Below are positions 62,609 through 64,000 of a stretch of 64,000 nucleotides of DNA, piece by piece (within the stretch, counting starts at the first letter, position 1; the number at the start of each line of letters is the position of its first letter). The position numbers and the translations under genes are program-made. Source of the stretch: Octopus bimaculoides (Eukaryota); NCBI RefSeq assembly GCF_001194135.2, contig NC_068982.1, forward strand, positions 144,141,978 to 144,205,977, given 5' to 3'. The notes beneath the pieces were generated by a model. The model saw only the letters and a list, made by a program, of their open reading frames with translations, did not search any database and was not told the origin of the DNA.

Positions 62609-62960
62609 GTCTTTTACTTGTTTCAGTCATTGGACTGTGGTCATGAGGGAGCACCACCTAGAATGGTTTTAGTTCAACAAATCGCCCCTAATACCTAAAT
62701 TTTTAAAAAGTCTGGTTCTTATTCTATCAATCTCTTTTACAGATCTGTTAAGGAAACATGAACAAACCAACACCAGTCGTCAAGTGGTGGTTAAGCAGGA
62801 ACAAATATATACAGGGTTTCTGTCTACTAAATTTGCTACCAAGGCATCAGTTGGCCCAGGGCTTTAGTAGAAAACACTCGCCCAAGGTGCCATGTAGTGA
62901 GGCTGAACCTGAAACCATGTAGTTGCAAAGTGAGCTTCTTCACCACACAGCCAAGCCAGC
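62609..62960 (-). mobile_element. Family 1 CORE-like SINE, degenerate
   Basis: cttttacttgtttcagtcatt ... cccaaggtgccatgtagtg ... caccacacagcc. Confidence 0.75.
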
Positions 62961-64000
62961 ATGTAAAATACTTGCAATCAAATTTACGTTCAGGATTGTA
63001 AGTGGTTGAAGACAAGAATGATAAAGACATTGATTTTGAGGGTAACATCTTAAAGACATGAATTTTGATCTAACTGCTTTAAGATATATTAGAAGACCCA
63101 AATCTAAACATTGCACCTATGAGGACAGCCTGTTGCCATCATACAGCAATATAACTTTCTACCAGCAAAAGTTCTGACTACTGAAATACAAAATAATAAA
63201 AAAAATGGCTAATCATGCTTAAGAAGCCATAAAGAAAAAAAAATGTATGCAGCTTTTGACTAGCTGGATGAAATGAAATGCAAACACAAGTAAATAATTT
63301 TAAATATCAATATAAAATGGCATAGCACATACCACAGAAATAGTGGGGAGAAAATGGTAAAAATCTACAGGAAAACATTAAAAATAAAATGAAGAGCACT
63401 GCAAGTAAAAGTAAGAAGAAGCCAGATAAAAGGAATCTGATAAAGGAGATTAGTAATGGTTTCTTGATTTGATTTTGTCTCCAGAGTTATATTTTAAATG
63501 AATTTGTGAGTAATATTGCTCATTGAAGTTTCCCTATCTTCTTATTCCTAAAATTTGCAGTATATTTGAATAATGTTATCAGGCCCTATGACATAAAACT
63601 AAGAGGGAGAGAGCAGGGTACTGAGATAACATAATGGCTAACCCTTTCAAAAGTTTTAATCTAAAGAAGAGACCCTGTAACTTAGCAACATATTTAAAGC
63701 TTTTTCTTAAGATTAACATTAATGCTAACAAGGGAGCCCTTTCATTGTTGCTGCACCTGCCAATGTGGCTGTCATAAACAACTTCCTCATCATCCTTAAA
63801 AAATAATACTAAATGGTGAAGTCAAAGCCTTAGTAGCTTAAACATCATTAAACTGATAAAGGTAATGAGAATGATAATTCTGAGAATAGGTATGTGTATT
63901 GAAGAATTTTATAGTATTCTACAAATGGATTGGATTGCCTATGTTCAGTCCACTGTAGGATGACATTAGAACAGCTATGTGGATTATATATTCTAAAAAG

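Overview
AT-rich animal genomic DNA with five assembly gaps; the repeat families and gene style suggest an Octopus-type cephalopod. The window holds three protein-coding loci. (1) A complete + strand ATE1 (arginyl-tRNA--protein transferase) gene, ATG 5638 to stop 30232, about 478 aa, rebuilt exon by exon with consistent phases. It contains two tandem 168-nt paralogous exons (22577-22744 and 22813-22980) separated by a 68-nt AG-free intron, consistent with mutually exclusive splicing. (2) The first coding exon of BCKDHB on the - strand (5112-4971), absent from the ORF track and head-to-head with ATE1 across about 525 bp. (3) A 1455-nt internal exon (53743-52289, -) of a large disordered scaffold protein, possibly FRMD4/Stepping-stone-like. 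The rest is intronic or intergenic DNA with tRNA-derived SINEs, RTE, CR1-like and R4/Dong LINE relics, a non-autonomous Helitron, a Tc1 and a maT transposon, and a MITE. The most unusual repeat is a tRNA-headed element carrying a Penelope-type minimal hammerhead ribozyme, present twice as head-to-head inverted dimers (16.6-17.0 kb and 42.5-43.0 kb). All homology calls are from recognition and memory, not database searches.
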